Positions 37,284 through 46,108 of a stretch of 64,000 nucleotides of DNA are shown here, one piece after another. The stretch comes from an uncultured Alphaproteobacteria bacterium (lineage in GTDB: Bacteria; Pseudomonadota; Alphaproteobacteria; Rhizobiales; Xanthobacteraceae). The position numbers and the translations under genes are program-made. Every line of letters begins with the position of its first letter. Position 1 is the stretch's first letter. The notes beneath the pieces are model-generated. The model did no database searches. It was not told the DNA's origin and saw only the letters and a program-made list of their open reading frames with translations. The stretch lies in contig CAVRYM010000005.1 in the NCBI GenBank assembly GCA_963725495.1, positions 723,617 through 787,616 of the forward strand, read 5' to 3'.

Positions 37284-39686
37284 CGGGGGAGGAAGTTTTT
37301 GCAACGCCCCCAGCACCCGTTCCGGCGTGATCGGCATCGCGGTGATCGGGGTGGCGCCGAGCGGGCGCAGCGCGTCGTTGATGGCATTCATCACGCAGGC
37401 CGGCGCGCCGGCGGTGCCGGCCTCGCCGGCGCCCTTGGCGCCCAGTTCGGAATCCTTCGTCGGCGTAACCACGTGGCCGATGTCGATGTCGGGCATTTCC
37501 GTTGCCATCGGCACCAGATAATCCATCATGTTGCCGTTGAGGAGCTGGCCGGCCTCGTCATAGAGGCAGTGCTCGAACATGACGGCGCCGATCCCTTGCA
37601 CGATGCCGCCTCTGATCTGTTCGTCGACGAGCTGCGGGTTGATCACGGTGCCGCAATCCTCCACGCACCAGTGGCGGAGCAGTTTGATCTCGCCGGTCCT
37701 GATGTCGATTTCGAGATAAGAGGCCTGCACGCCGTTGGTGAAGGCGAATGGCCACGCGCGCGGCACGTAATGGCGCGTCGCGATGAACTCGGCCTGGAAG
37801 CCGGGCGGCAGCGTGTCGGGGCGGAAGTAGACAACACGGGCGACTTCATCGAGGCCCATGCGCTCGCGTCCGCTGTCGGCGTCGACCACCATGCCGGCGC
37901 GGATATCGAGCGCCTTCGGGTCGGCTTGCAGGATAGAGGCGGCCGCAGCGAGGACGTTGCCGCGTAACGCCTTGCCAGCTTGCCAGGCGGCTTCGCCGCC
38001 GATGCCGGCGGCACGCGAGGCCCAGGTGCCGCCGCCATAGGGCACGTTGTCGGTGTCGCCGGTGATGACGCGCACGCGCTCGATCGGCACGCCGAACGAT
38101 GTCGCCACGCATTGCGCCAGCACCGACTCGGCGCCCTGGCCCTGTTCGGTGACGCCGGAATGCACGAACACGGCGCCAGTGGAATCGAGCCTCGCCGTGG
38201 CGCCGTCCTGCGAGGAAATGCGCGCGCCGCCGACGCCGTAGAAGGCGGCAGACGGATTGGTCACCTCGATGAAGGAGGCAAAGCCGATGCCGCGATGGAT
38301 GCCCCGCCCGCGCAATTCCGCCTGCTCGGCGCGCAGGCTTTTGTAGTCCATCATCGCCAGGATCTTGTCGAGCGAGGCGTGGTGCGAGAGCCCCTCGAAT
38401 TTCAACCCGGCGGCGCTGGTGGCCGGATATTTGTCGTCGGCAAACAAGTTGCGCCGCCGCAGCTCGACCGAATCGACGCCGATCTTCGCCGCCGCCAGCT
38501 CGACCAGTCCCTCGGTGACCGCGACGGCGATTGGATGCCCGACGGCGCGGTACTGGCACATCACGTTCTTGTTCTGAAAGACGACACGTGCGCGGGCGCG
38601 GTAATTCGGGCAGGTGTAGGGGCCGCCGACCAGGTTGACGACCTGGTTCGCCTCGATGCCGCTCGTTCGCGGATAGACCGAATAAGGCCCGATGCCGGTG
38701 AGATCGTCGATGGCGAACGCGGTGATCGTGCCGTCGTTCTTCACGCCGATCTTCGCCTTGACGCGGTGGTCGCGGGCGTGGATGTCGGTGACGAAGCTTT
38801 CCAGACGGTCGGCGACGAATTTCACCGGCCGTTTGATGAGCTTCGACAGCGCGACCGTCGCCATCTCGTCGGCGTAGATATGCACCTTGATGCCGAATGA
38901 GCCGCCGACGTCCTTTGTCAGCACGCGCACCTGGTGCTCCTCGAGCTCGAGGTGCTTGGCAAACAGATTTTGCGTCATGTGCGGCGCTTGGGTGCCCTGA
39001 TACACGGTCAGGCGCTGCTCGCCTTCGTTCCAGTCGGCGACGATAGCGCGCGGCTCATTGGTGACGCCGGTATGGCGGCCGAACAGGAAGGTCGTCTCGA
39101 CCACCGCATCGGCTTCGGCAAATCCCTTGTCGGCATCGCCGGCATTGAGCGTGCGCTCGAACGTGAGATTGTCGCCGAGGTCGGGGTGGATCACCGGCGT
39201 CGACGCATCGAGCGCGGTCTCGGCATCAGTCACGGCCGGGAGCACGTCGTAGTCGACCTCGACCAGCGCGCAGCCGTCCTCGGCTTGCGCCCGGCTCTTG
39301 CCCACCACCGCGCACACCGCCTCGCCTTGCCAGCAGGCGCGCTCGACCGCGATGGCGTATTGCGGCGCCGATTTGATGCCCTTGAGATGCGTGAGCACGC
39401 CGACCCAGGGCGTGATCACCTTTGCAAGCTCGGTGCCGGTGACGACCGCGATCACGCCCGCCGCTTTTTTTGCTTGCGCCGTCGCGATGTTTTTGATGCG
39501 TGCATGCGCGTGCGGCGAGCGCACGAAGGCGACATGCGTCATGCGCGGCAGCACGACGTCGCTGACATATTGGCCGCGCCCGGCGGTGAGCCGATGCAGA
39601 TTGGGCCGCGGTACCGAACGGCCGATGTAGGAATTCGGCCGGTCGAGCGCGGAGAGGCCGGAGGGCTGGTCGTCGGCGAGTTTCAT
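37164..39686 (-). CDS. Xanthine dehydrogenase/CoxL family molybdopterin-binding large subunit, 3' end runs into the IS remnant
   Basis: ~800 aa of family-typical sequence from MKLADDQPSGLSALDRPNSYIGRS... The native C-terminus ends near ...ITPERVLGALQK (about 37285). The final ~40 codons are read-through of IS DNA. Confidence 0.8.
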   Translation of the reverse strand: MKLADDQPSGLSALDRPNSYIGRSVPRPNLHRLTAGRGQYVSDVVLPRMTHVAFVRSPHAHARIKNIATAQAKKAAGVIAVVTGTELAKVITPWVGVLTHLKGIKSAPQYAIAVERACWQGEAVCAVVGKSRAQAEDGCALVEVDYDVLPAVTDAETALDASTPVIHPDLGDNLTFERTLNAGDADKGFAEADAVVETTFLFGRHTGVTNEPRAIVADWNEGEQRLTVYQGTQAPHMTQNLFAKHLELEEHQVRVLTKDVGGSFGIKVHIYADEMATVALSKLIKRPVKFVADRLESFVTDIHARDHRVKAKIGVKNDGTITAFAIDDLTGIGPYSVYPRTSGIEANQVVNLVGGPYTCPNYRARARVVFQNKNVMCQYRAVGHPIAVAVTEGLVELAAAKIGVDSVELRRRNLFADDKYPATSAAGLKFEGLSHHASLDKILAMMDYKSLRAEQAELRGRGIHRGIGFASFIEVTNPSAAFYGVGGARISSQDGATARLDSTGAVFVHSGVTEQGQGAESVLAQCVATSFGVPIERVRVITGDTDNVPYGGGTWASRAAGIGGEAAWQAGKALRGNVLAAAASILQADPKALDIRAGMVVDADSGRERMGLDEVARVVYFRPDTLPPGFQAEFIATRHYVPRAWPFAFTNGVQASYLEIDIRTGEIKLLRHWCVEDCGTVINPQLVDEQIRGGIVQGIGAVMFEHCLYDEAGQLLNGNMMDYLVPMATEMPDIDIGHVVTPTKDSELGAKGAGEAGTAGAPACVMNAINDALRPLGATPITAMPITPERVLGALQKLPPPQIAARICRRTALSLVPRKLRMSRCCLIQRNSSSICQRLL

Positions 39687-39692
39687 TTTTCT

Positions 39693-39845
39693 TCCCTCCC
39701 CCCTTGTGGGGGAGGGTGGGGGTCGCCCCATCGCGCTTGCGCGATGGGGGTCCCGGGAGGGGGGTCGAGAGGTGACGACGAGCGTTGACGTAAGCGCAAC
39801 ACCTCTCGACCCCCACCCCTAACCCCTCCCCACAAGGGGGAGGGG
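39693..39845. repeat. REP cluster (ccccttgtggggg, ccccatcgcgcttgcgcgatgggg and gtcgagaggtg...cacctctcgac hairpins)
   Basis: Several adjacent GC-rich hairpins between the HD-domain and CoxL-like genes. Confidence 0.6.
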
Positions 39846-39850
39846 AATTT

Positions 39851-40621
39851 CTATAGATACCGCGTCGGCCACATCAACGTGCGCCACATGTGGGCCGACG
39901 GCGAGCTGTCGAAGCCGAGGCCCTCTTCCGGCTGCTTGAAATTGCGGCCGATGATGTCGACGAAGTCGTCGAGGTCGACCTTGGCGTTGGGATCGAACGA
40001 GTAGATATCGTTCACGCAGATCAAGCGCGCGCTCATGTACCATTTGTGGTTCTTGGCGCGCTCGTAATCGCGCACGATGTACGGCTCCGGCTTATAATCG
40101 GCGCCGAAATTATTGACGTACATCTGCGGATATTCGTAGCCGACCGACGAATCCGGGAAGAAGCGCAACGCCTGGTGCATGCGCACCGCCCAGCTCACTT
40201 CCTCGTCCACGTAAGGCTCGATCATCTGCGCGCCCCAATAGCCGTGGTCGCAGCGGATGAAGCTCGCCACCCCGATGTCGTGCAGCAGGCAGGCGAGCAC
40301 GATCTTCTCGTTGTGGCCGTTTTTCAGCGCCAGCTTTGCGCTCTGCAAGAGATGATTGAGCGAGGCGAAGCGGTTCTTGAAGAAGTCGATCAGCGTCGGC
40401 TTGGCCGGCATCTTCGGCAGCCGCGGATCGGCGCCCATCAGAAAATATTTGTCCGGATTGTTCTTCTTGAACTCGAAGCCGTTGAGCATCTCGATCGTGC
40501 CATCGGCCATGCCGAACAGCACCGACTTGGTGGCGACGCGCTCGGCCAGCTCATGCATCATCTTTTCTTCGAGCTCGTCGGCGCGTTCCGACAGCGTCGG
40601 GGTATGGACGTGTTCGTTCAT
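39851..40621 (-). CDS. HD-domain protein
   Basis: LLHDIG motif with downstream His/Asp residues. 256 aa from the internal Met of track ORF 39851-40969. Confidence 0.7.
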   Translation of the reverse strand: MNEHVHTPTLSERADELEEKMMHELAERVATKSVLFGMADGTIEMLNGFEFKKNNPDKYFLMGADPRLPKMPAKPTLIDFFKNRFASLNHLLQSAKLALKNGHNEKIVLACLLHDIGVASFIRCDHGYWGAQMIEPYVDEEVSWAVRMHQALRFFPDSSVGYEYPQMYVNNFGADYKPEPYIVRDYERAKNHKWYMSARLICVNDIYSFDPNAKVDLDDFVDIIGRNFKQPEEGLGFDSSPSAHMWRTLMWPTRYL

Positions 40622-40623
40622 GA

Positions 40624-41112
40624 TCAGGCTGCCTTTCCCGCCCTGGCGAGGGCGACGGATTCTATTGCGTCGACGATAGCATGATAGCCGGTACAGCGGC
40701 AGTAGTTGCCGGAGATGTGTTCGCGGATCGCATCCCGGCTCGGCACTCCGCCGCGGCCGAGCAGTTCCTGCGCGCTGATCAGCATGCCGGGGGTGCAGAA
40801 GCCGCATTGCAGCGCGTTGCGCCTGCGGAAGGCGTCCTGCAGGTCGGCGATGGCGCCGGAATCGGACAGGCCCTCGATCGTCTCCACCTGCGCCCCGTCG
40901 CACTGTGCCGCCAGCACCAGGCAGCCGCGCACCACGGCGCCATCGAGCCGCACCGTACAGGCGCCGCACACTCCGTGCTCGCAGCCGATATGACTGCCGG
41001 TGAGGCCGAGGTCGTCGCGCAGGAAATCGACCAGCGTTCTGCGCGCCTCGACGCGCTCATCCACGTCTTCGCCGTTCACCTGCAGGCTGACCTGGCAAAG
41101 GTGCTCGTTCAT
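40624..41112 (-). CDS. (2Fe-2S)-binding small subunit of an XDH/CoxS-family enzyme
   Basis: CEHGVCGACTV and CGFCTPGM cluster motifs. Confidence 0.9.
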   Translation of the reverse strand: MNEHLCQVSLQVNGEDVDERVEARRTLVDFLRDDLGLTGSHIGCEHGVCGACTVRLDGAVVRGCLVLAAQCDGAQVETIEGLSDSGAIADLQDAFRRRNALQCGFCTPGMLISAQELLGRGGVPSRDAIREHISGNYCRCTGYHAIVDAIESVALARAGKAA

Positions 41113-41133
41113 GCCGGCACCATATTATACCTC

Positions 41134-42054
41134 TTACCTCGCGCGGGGAGAGGGGGCGCCCACGATCCCGCACACGATATCGATGGCGCGGCGCAGCAAA
41201 ATCATCGAGGCTTCGAGCGTGCGGAACCCGGCATGCGCGGTGAGCGTCACGTTTTGCATCGATGCGAGCGGATGGTCGGGCTTGAGCGGCTCGGCATGGA
41301 ACACGTCGAGGCCGGCGTGGCGGATATGGCCGCTGCGCAGGCCGTCGAGCAGGGCCGCCTCGTCGATCAGCGCGGCGCGCGCTGTATTGACCAGAATGAC
41401 GCCCGGCTTCATGCGCGCAAGCTGCGCCGGTCCGATAAAGCCGCGCGTCTCGTCGTTGAGTGCAAGGTGCAGGCTGATCACGTCGGCGCGCGCCAGCAGG
41501 TCGTCGAGTTCGACCAGCGGCTCGCCGTCGCGCCGGGTGCGGTTCCAGCCGATGACGTCCATGCCGAGCCCGCGGGCGATGCGTGAAACTTCGCGGCCGA
41601 TGCCGCCGAGCCCGATGATGCCCAGCGTCTTGCCGAACAGCTGCACGCCTTCGCGCGTCGACCAGGTGCCGGAGCGGATGAGCCGGTCCATGGCGGTCAC
41701 GTCGCGGCAGGCAGCGAGCATCAGCGCAATCGTATGCTCGGCCACGGCGGTGTCGCCGTAGCCTTTGATGCTGTGCACGGTGACGCCGCGCGCGGTGAGT
41801 TCGGCCGGGTTCATGTAGCTCGACGGCCCAGTGCCGAGAAAAACGATGTGCTTGAGCGCGCCGCATTGCACGACCAGCTCGGTCGGCATGTAGGAATGGT
41901 CGTCGATGCAGATGTCGTAGCCGTCGAGCAGTCGCGGCAGCTCGGTTCGCTCGAACGGCCGGCGATTGACCTCGATCGGCGGGTCGCCGGCGCGCAACAC
42001 CCGCTCCCACACCGGCGCGAGCTGGTCGTTGCAATCGATGAACAGGGTTTTCAT
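41134..42054 (-). CDS. D-isomer specific 2-hydroxyacid dehydrogenase family protein
   Basis: GIIGLGGIGREV NAD-binding motif. Length fits the family. Confidence 0.8.
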   Translation of the reverse strand: MKTLFIDCNDQLAPVWERVLRAGDPPIEVNRRPFERTELPRLLDGYDICIDDHSYMPTELVVQCGALKHIVFLGTGPSSYMNPAELTARGVTVHSIKGYGDTAVAEHTIALMLAACRDVTAMDRLIRSGTWSTREGVQLFGKTLGIIGLGGIGREVSRIARGLGMDVIGWNRTRRDGEPLVELDDLLARADVISLHLALNDETRGFIGPAQLARMKPGVILVNTARAALIDEAALLDGLRSGHIRHAGLDVFHAEPLKPDHPLASMQNVTLTAHAGFRTLEASMILLRRAIDIVCGIVGAPSPRAR

Positions 42055-42125
42055 TGGGGTTTAGGCCGTTGACGCTTCCAGCGATGACTTCTAACACATC
42101 GCAGGGATTCACCAGGAGACGCGAC

Positions 42126-42971
42126 ATGCGCCTTGCGAGCTACAATCTGCGCGGCCGGCCGAGTTTTGGCGCGGTGGTCGGCGAAGGCATCGTCGACTTG
42201 CGCGGGCGGCTGAGCCGTTTCTCGACGCTGCTCGAAGTGTTCCGCGCGCAGGCGCTCGCCGAGGCCAAGGCCGTTTCCGACGGCGTGCGCCCGGAGGTGC
42301 CGCTTAACGAGGTCGAACTCCTTCCGCCGCTGTTGGCGCCGGAAAAGATCCTCTGCATCGGCATCAACTACGCCAATCGCGGGGCGGACTACAACGTCAC
42401 CAATAACCCCAAATACCCGAGCATGTTCTATCGCGCGCCGAACTCGATGGTCGGTTCGGGGCAGCATCTGGTGCGGCCGAAAATCTCCGAGCAGCTCGAC
42501 TACGAGGGCGAAATCGCCATCGTGATCGGCCGCGAATGCAAGCACGTGCCGAAGGAGAGCGCGCTCGGCACCATCGCCGGCATCACGCTCGCCAACGAAG
42601 GAACGATCCGCGACTGGACGCGGCATGGACAATTCAACGTCACCCAAGGCAAGAATTTCGACGCCACCGGCGGCATCGGGCCGTGGATCGAGACCGAGTT
42701 CGATCTGACCAAGCCGCTGCACCTTGTCACGCGCAAGAACGGCGAGCTCATTCAGGACGACACCACGGCGAGCATGATCTTCTCGTTCGCCGACATCATC
42801 GCCTACACCACGACTTTCATGACGTTGAAAGCGGGTGACGTCATCTGCACCGGCACGCCGATCAAAAAGGTGAAGGCCGACCCGCCGGTGTGGCTCAAGC
42901 CCGGCGACACGATCGAGGTCGAGTGCCCGCAGATCGGCGTGCTGCGCAATTCCGTGGTCGATGAGACGTAG
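42126..42971 (+). CDS. Fumarylacetoacetate hydrolase family protein
   Basis: DYEGEIAIVIG and GDVICTGTP motifs. Confidence 0.85.
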   Translation: MRLASYNLRGRPSFGAVVGEGIVDLRGRLSRFSTLLEVFRAQALAEAKAVSDGVRPEVPLNEVELLPPLLAPEKILCIGINYANRGADYNVTNNPKYPSMFYRAPNSMVGSGQHLVRPKISEQLDYEGEIAIVIGRECKHVPKESALGTIAGITLANEGTIRDWTRHGQFNVTQGKNFDATGGIGPWIETEFDLTKPLHLVTRKNGELIQDDTTASMIFSFADIIAYTTTFMTLKAGDVICTGTPIKKVKADPPVWLKPGDTIEVECPQIGVLRNSVVDET

Positions 42972-43040
42972 CGGCCGTATCTGGCGCTTGCGCGGCCGGC
43001 GCGCCGCTGTGGCGCAAGCGGCAGGCGAGGGGGACTGATC

Positions 43041-43829
43041 ATGCCGGGCGAATTCTCCAACAAGATCGTCGTCATTACCGGCGGCAGCCGCGGCATCGGG
43101 CTCGGTATCGGCAAGGCGTTCGCGCGCGAGGGCGCGCAAACCGTGCTGGTGTCTTCATCGGCGGAAAACCTCGCGAACGCGGCCAAGGCGGTCAACGCGA
43201 TCGGCGGGGCTGCGGCGCTCACGATCGAAGCCGATCTGCGCAACCTTGCCGGCTGCGACAGCGCCTTCGCCAAGGTGAAGGAGCGTTTTGCCCGCTGCGA
43301 TGTGCTGGTCAACTGCGCCGGCGCGACCAAGGCCGGTTCTTTCCTCGATCTGCCGGACGCCGCCTGGACCGACGGCTTTGCGCTGAAATTCCTTGGCTGC
43401 GTGCGCCTGTGCCGGTTGTTCTGGCCGCTGCTTAAGGCCGTAGAAGGCCATGTCATCAATATCGATGGCGGCGCGGCGCGTTCGCCGTCGGCTGAGTTTT
43501 TGATCGGCGGCTCGGTCAATGCCGCGATGGGCAACTTCTCCAAGGGGCTGTCGCAGCTCGGCAAACGCGACGGCGTCAATGTCAACGTCATCCATCCCGG
43601 TACCACTGAGACCGAACGCAATCTGCAGCTGCTCGCCCAGCGCGCGGCGGCGACCGGCAGAACGGTGGCCGAGCTGCAGGCTGAGGCGCTGGCGAAAAGC
43701 GGCATCCGCCGCGTCGGCAAGCCGGAGGACATCGCCGAGCTGACGTTGTTTCTCTGCTCCGAGCGCGCGCGCCACATCCAGGGCACCGCGATTGCTGTCG
43801 ATGGCGGCGCCACCGTCGGCTATTACTGA
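43041..43829 (+). CDS. SDR family oxidoreductase
   Basis: TGGSRGIG and NCAG motifs. Confidence 0.8.
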   Translation: MPGEFSNKIVVITGGSRGIGLGIGKAFAREGAQTVLVSSSAENLANAAKAVNAIGGAAALTIEADLRNLAGCDSAFAKVKERFARCDVLVNCAGATKAGSFLDLPDAAWTDGFALKFLGCVRLCRLFWPLLKAVEGHVINIDGGAARSPSAEFLIGGSVNAAMGNFSKGLSQLGKRDGVNVNVIHPGTTETERNLQLLAQRAAATGRTVAELQAEALAKSGIRRVGKPEDIAELTLFLCSERARHIQGTAIAVDGGATVGYY

Positions 43830-43835
43830 GCAAGC

Positions 43836-44684
43836 ATGGCACCCGATCGAATCCGCTCAGCCTGCATCGTCGGCTGGCCGGTCGAGCATTCGCGCTCGCC
43901 GCTCATTCATAATTACTGGCTCAAGCACTACGGCATTGCCGGGCAATACCGGCGCGAGGCGGTGCCGCCCGACCAGTTTGCGGACTTTCTCAAAAACCTT
44001 CCGGCGCGCGGCTACGTCGGCGCCAACGTGACCGTGCCGCACAAGGAGGCGGCGCTGGCGCTCTCGCAGCCGGACGATCGCGCGCGCGCGGTTGGCGCCG
44101 CCAATACGTTCTGGTTCGACGGCGGCAGCCTGCGCTCGACCAATACCGACGTTGAAGGATTTTTGGACAGTCTCGATGCCGACGCCCCCGGCTGGGATCG
44201 CGGCCTGCGGAAGGTGGTCGTGCTCGGCGCCGGCGGGGCCGCGCGCGCGGTGGTCTATGGTCTCGTGCTGCGCGGGATCGCCAACGTCACGGTCGTCAAC
44301 CGCACGGCGGACCGTGTCGCACTTTTCAGCGAGCGGTTTGGGGAAGGGGTGCGCGCGGCGGATTGGGACAAACGCGACGCGCTGCTTGCCGACGCTGGGC
44401 TCCTGGTCAACGCCACCACGCTCGGGATGGACCATCAGCCGGGTCTCGCGCTCGACATTGGGCGATTGCCCAGCCACGCCATCGTCGCCGATTTGGTCTA
44501 TGCGCCGCTCGTCACGCCGCTGCTGCGGGCCGCAAAGGCGCGCGGATTGCGCACCGCCGATGGGCTTGGCATGCTGCTCTATCAAGCCGTGCGCGGCTTT
44601 GCGCTGTGGTTCGGCAGAACGCCCGAAGTGACCGGGGAACTCCGCGCCTTGGTCGAAGCTGATCTCGCCAGCGAAAAGGAATAA
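43836..44684 (+). CDS. aroE: Shikimate dehydrogenase
   Basis: SRSPLIHN, NVTVPHK, NTD and GAGGAARA motifs. Confidence 0.85.
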   Translation: MAPDRIRSACIVGWPVEHSRSPLIHNYWLKHYGIAGQYRREAVPPDQFADFLKNLPARGYVGANVTVPHKEAALALSQPDDRARAVGAANTFWFDGGSLRSTNTDVEGFLDSLDADAPGWDRGLRKVVVLGAGGAARAVVYGLVLRGIANVTVVNRTADRVALFSERFGEGVRAADWDKRDALLADAGLLVNATTLGMDHQPGLALDIGRLPSHAIVADLVYAPLVTPLLRAAKARGLRTADGLGMLLYQAVRGFALWFGRTPEVTGELRALVEADLASEKE

Positions 44685-44754
44685 GATGGCTAAAAAGGGG
44701 TTCTAAGCCTTGCCCGTGGCTTCATCGGCCGCTGGCACACGTGGGAGGACGACA

Positions 44755-45366
44755 ATGACGAAAATGTTTCAAAGATTGGTCGGCGCGAGCGCGCTCGCGT
44801 TGTTGTGCGCAGCCTCATTCGCCGCTGCGCAGGCGCCGGATGTGGTGCGCGTGCGCGGCACGATCGAGAACGTGAGCGGTTCGGTGATCGAGGTGAAGGA
44901 CCGAAATGGCGCGGCGCTGAAGATAAAGCTTGCCGATAATGGGCCGGTCAACGAAATGGTCAAGGCATCGCTCAGCGACATCAAGGAAGGTTCCTATATC
45001 GCGGTGACCGCGATGCCGCAGCCGGATGGAAGCCAGAAGGCCATCGAGATTTCCATTTTTCCGCCCGGCGTGCATCCACCCGAAGGGTTCAGACCGTGGG
45101 ATTTCGCGCCCAACAGTACGATGACGAATGCGACGGTGGCCAACCAGGTCGTCGAGAAGGACGGCACGACGCTGACCGTGAAATACAAGGACGGTGAGAA
45201 GACGGTCGTCGTTCCGCCCGATGCCGTGATCGTGACCAGTAAGAAGGCGTCCCTTGCTGATGTGAAAGCGGGACAAAAGATCATGGTCTTTGCCGCGAAG
45301 AAGCTTCCCGACGGGTCGCTTGAAGCGCCGAATATGTCATTTGGCGATTACGGCGTGTGGCGCTGA
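44755..45366 (+). CDS. Secreted hypothetical protein, tandem paralog 1
   Basis: Signal peptide MTKMFQRLVGASALALLCAASFAAAQA. Shares SLSDIK.G..I...AM.QPDG.QKAIE..IFP...GFRPW with the next gene. Confidence 0.6.
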   Translation: MTKMFQRLVGASALALLCAASFAAAQAPDVVRVRGTIENVSGSVIEVKDRNGAALKIKLADNGPVNEMVKASLSDIKEGSYIAVTAMPQPDGSQKAIEISIFPPGVHPPEGFRPWDFAPNSTMTNATVANQVVEKDGTTLTVKYKDGEKTVVVPPDAVIVTSKKASLADVKAGQKIMVFAAKKLPDGSLEAPNMSFGDYGVWR

Positions 45367-45460
45367 AACCTAGCGATCCGTGATCGCGCTTATGCTGCGG
45401 CGGGCAACGGAGAGCGGATCGATTGACCTCGACCGCTCTTTCAGCGTTTCGTCAATCGTA

Positions 45461-46090
45461 ATGGAGCGTGATGTGAAGACCACGAACGTAGCGGCAATCG
45501 TTGCACTCTTGGCCGCCTTGGCGGCGATGCCGGCCTTGGCGCAGGCGCCAGAGGCACCGAAACCAGAGCGACTAAGCGGTGTGATCGAAAATGTCGACGG
45601 CCATACGGTGGCGGCGAAGTCCGACAAGGGCGCCGAACTCAAGCTCAACCTCGCCGACAAGGTTACGGTGGTGGTCGTCGTCAAGGCGTCGCTGTCAGAC
45701 ATCAAGCCGGGCGATTTCATCGGCAGTGGAGCGATGGCGCAGCCGGACGGCACGCAGAAGGCCATCGAAGTTCACATCTTTCCGGAATCGATGCGCGGTA
45801 CCGGCGAGGGTTTCCGGCCGTGGACTCGCCCAGGCTCGACCATGACCAACGGCACGGTCGGCGCCGCCGTGACCGGCGTGAACGGACAGGTCATCACCGT
45901 CACGTATAAGGGTGGCGAGCAGAAAATCGTCGTGCCGCCGGGCGTGCCGGTCGTGCGGTTTGAGCTCGGCGACATGAGCGCGCTTACCCCGGGCGCACCG
46001 TTCGCGGTGCTGGCGGCCGTGAAGCAGCCGGACGGAAGCTTCAACGCCGCGCGCATCAATGTCGGCAGCGGCGGCGCGACGCCACCGTAA
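45461..46090 (+). CDS. Secreted hypothetical protein, tandem paralog 2
   Basis: Signal peptide ...VAAIVALLAALAAMPALAQA. The start is uncertain (ATG 45461 or GTG 45473). Confidence 0.6.
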   Translation: MERDVKTTNVAAIVALLAALAAMPALAQAPEAPKPERLSGVIENVDGHTVAAKSDKGAELKLNLADKVTVVVVVKASLSDIKPGDFIGSGAMAQPDGTQKAIEVHIFPESMRGTGEGFRPWTRPGSTMTNGTVGAAVTGVNGQVITVTYKGGEQKIVVPPGVPVVRFELGDMSALTPGAPFAVLAAVKQPDGSFNAARINVGSGGATPP

Positions 46091-46108
46091 CGGCTTAACC
46101 GTAACGGC

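Noticed and set aside
37980-39788. Plus-strand ORFs of 306 and 284 aa inside the CoxL-like gene
   Set aside because: Antisense shadows. The minus strand carries about 800 aa of family-typical sequence.
42051-43813. Minus-strand ORFs of 362 and 336 aa
   Set aside because: Antisense to the FAH-family and SDR genes, which have clear motifs.
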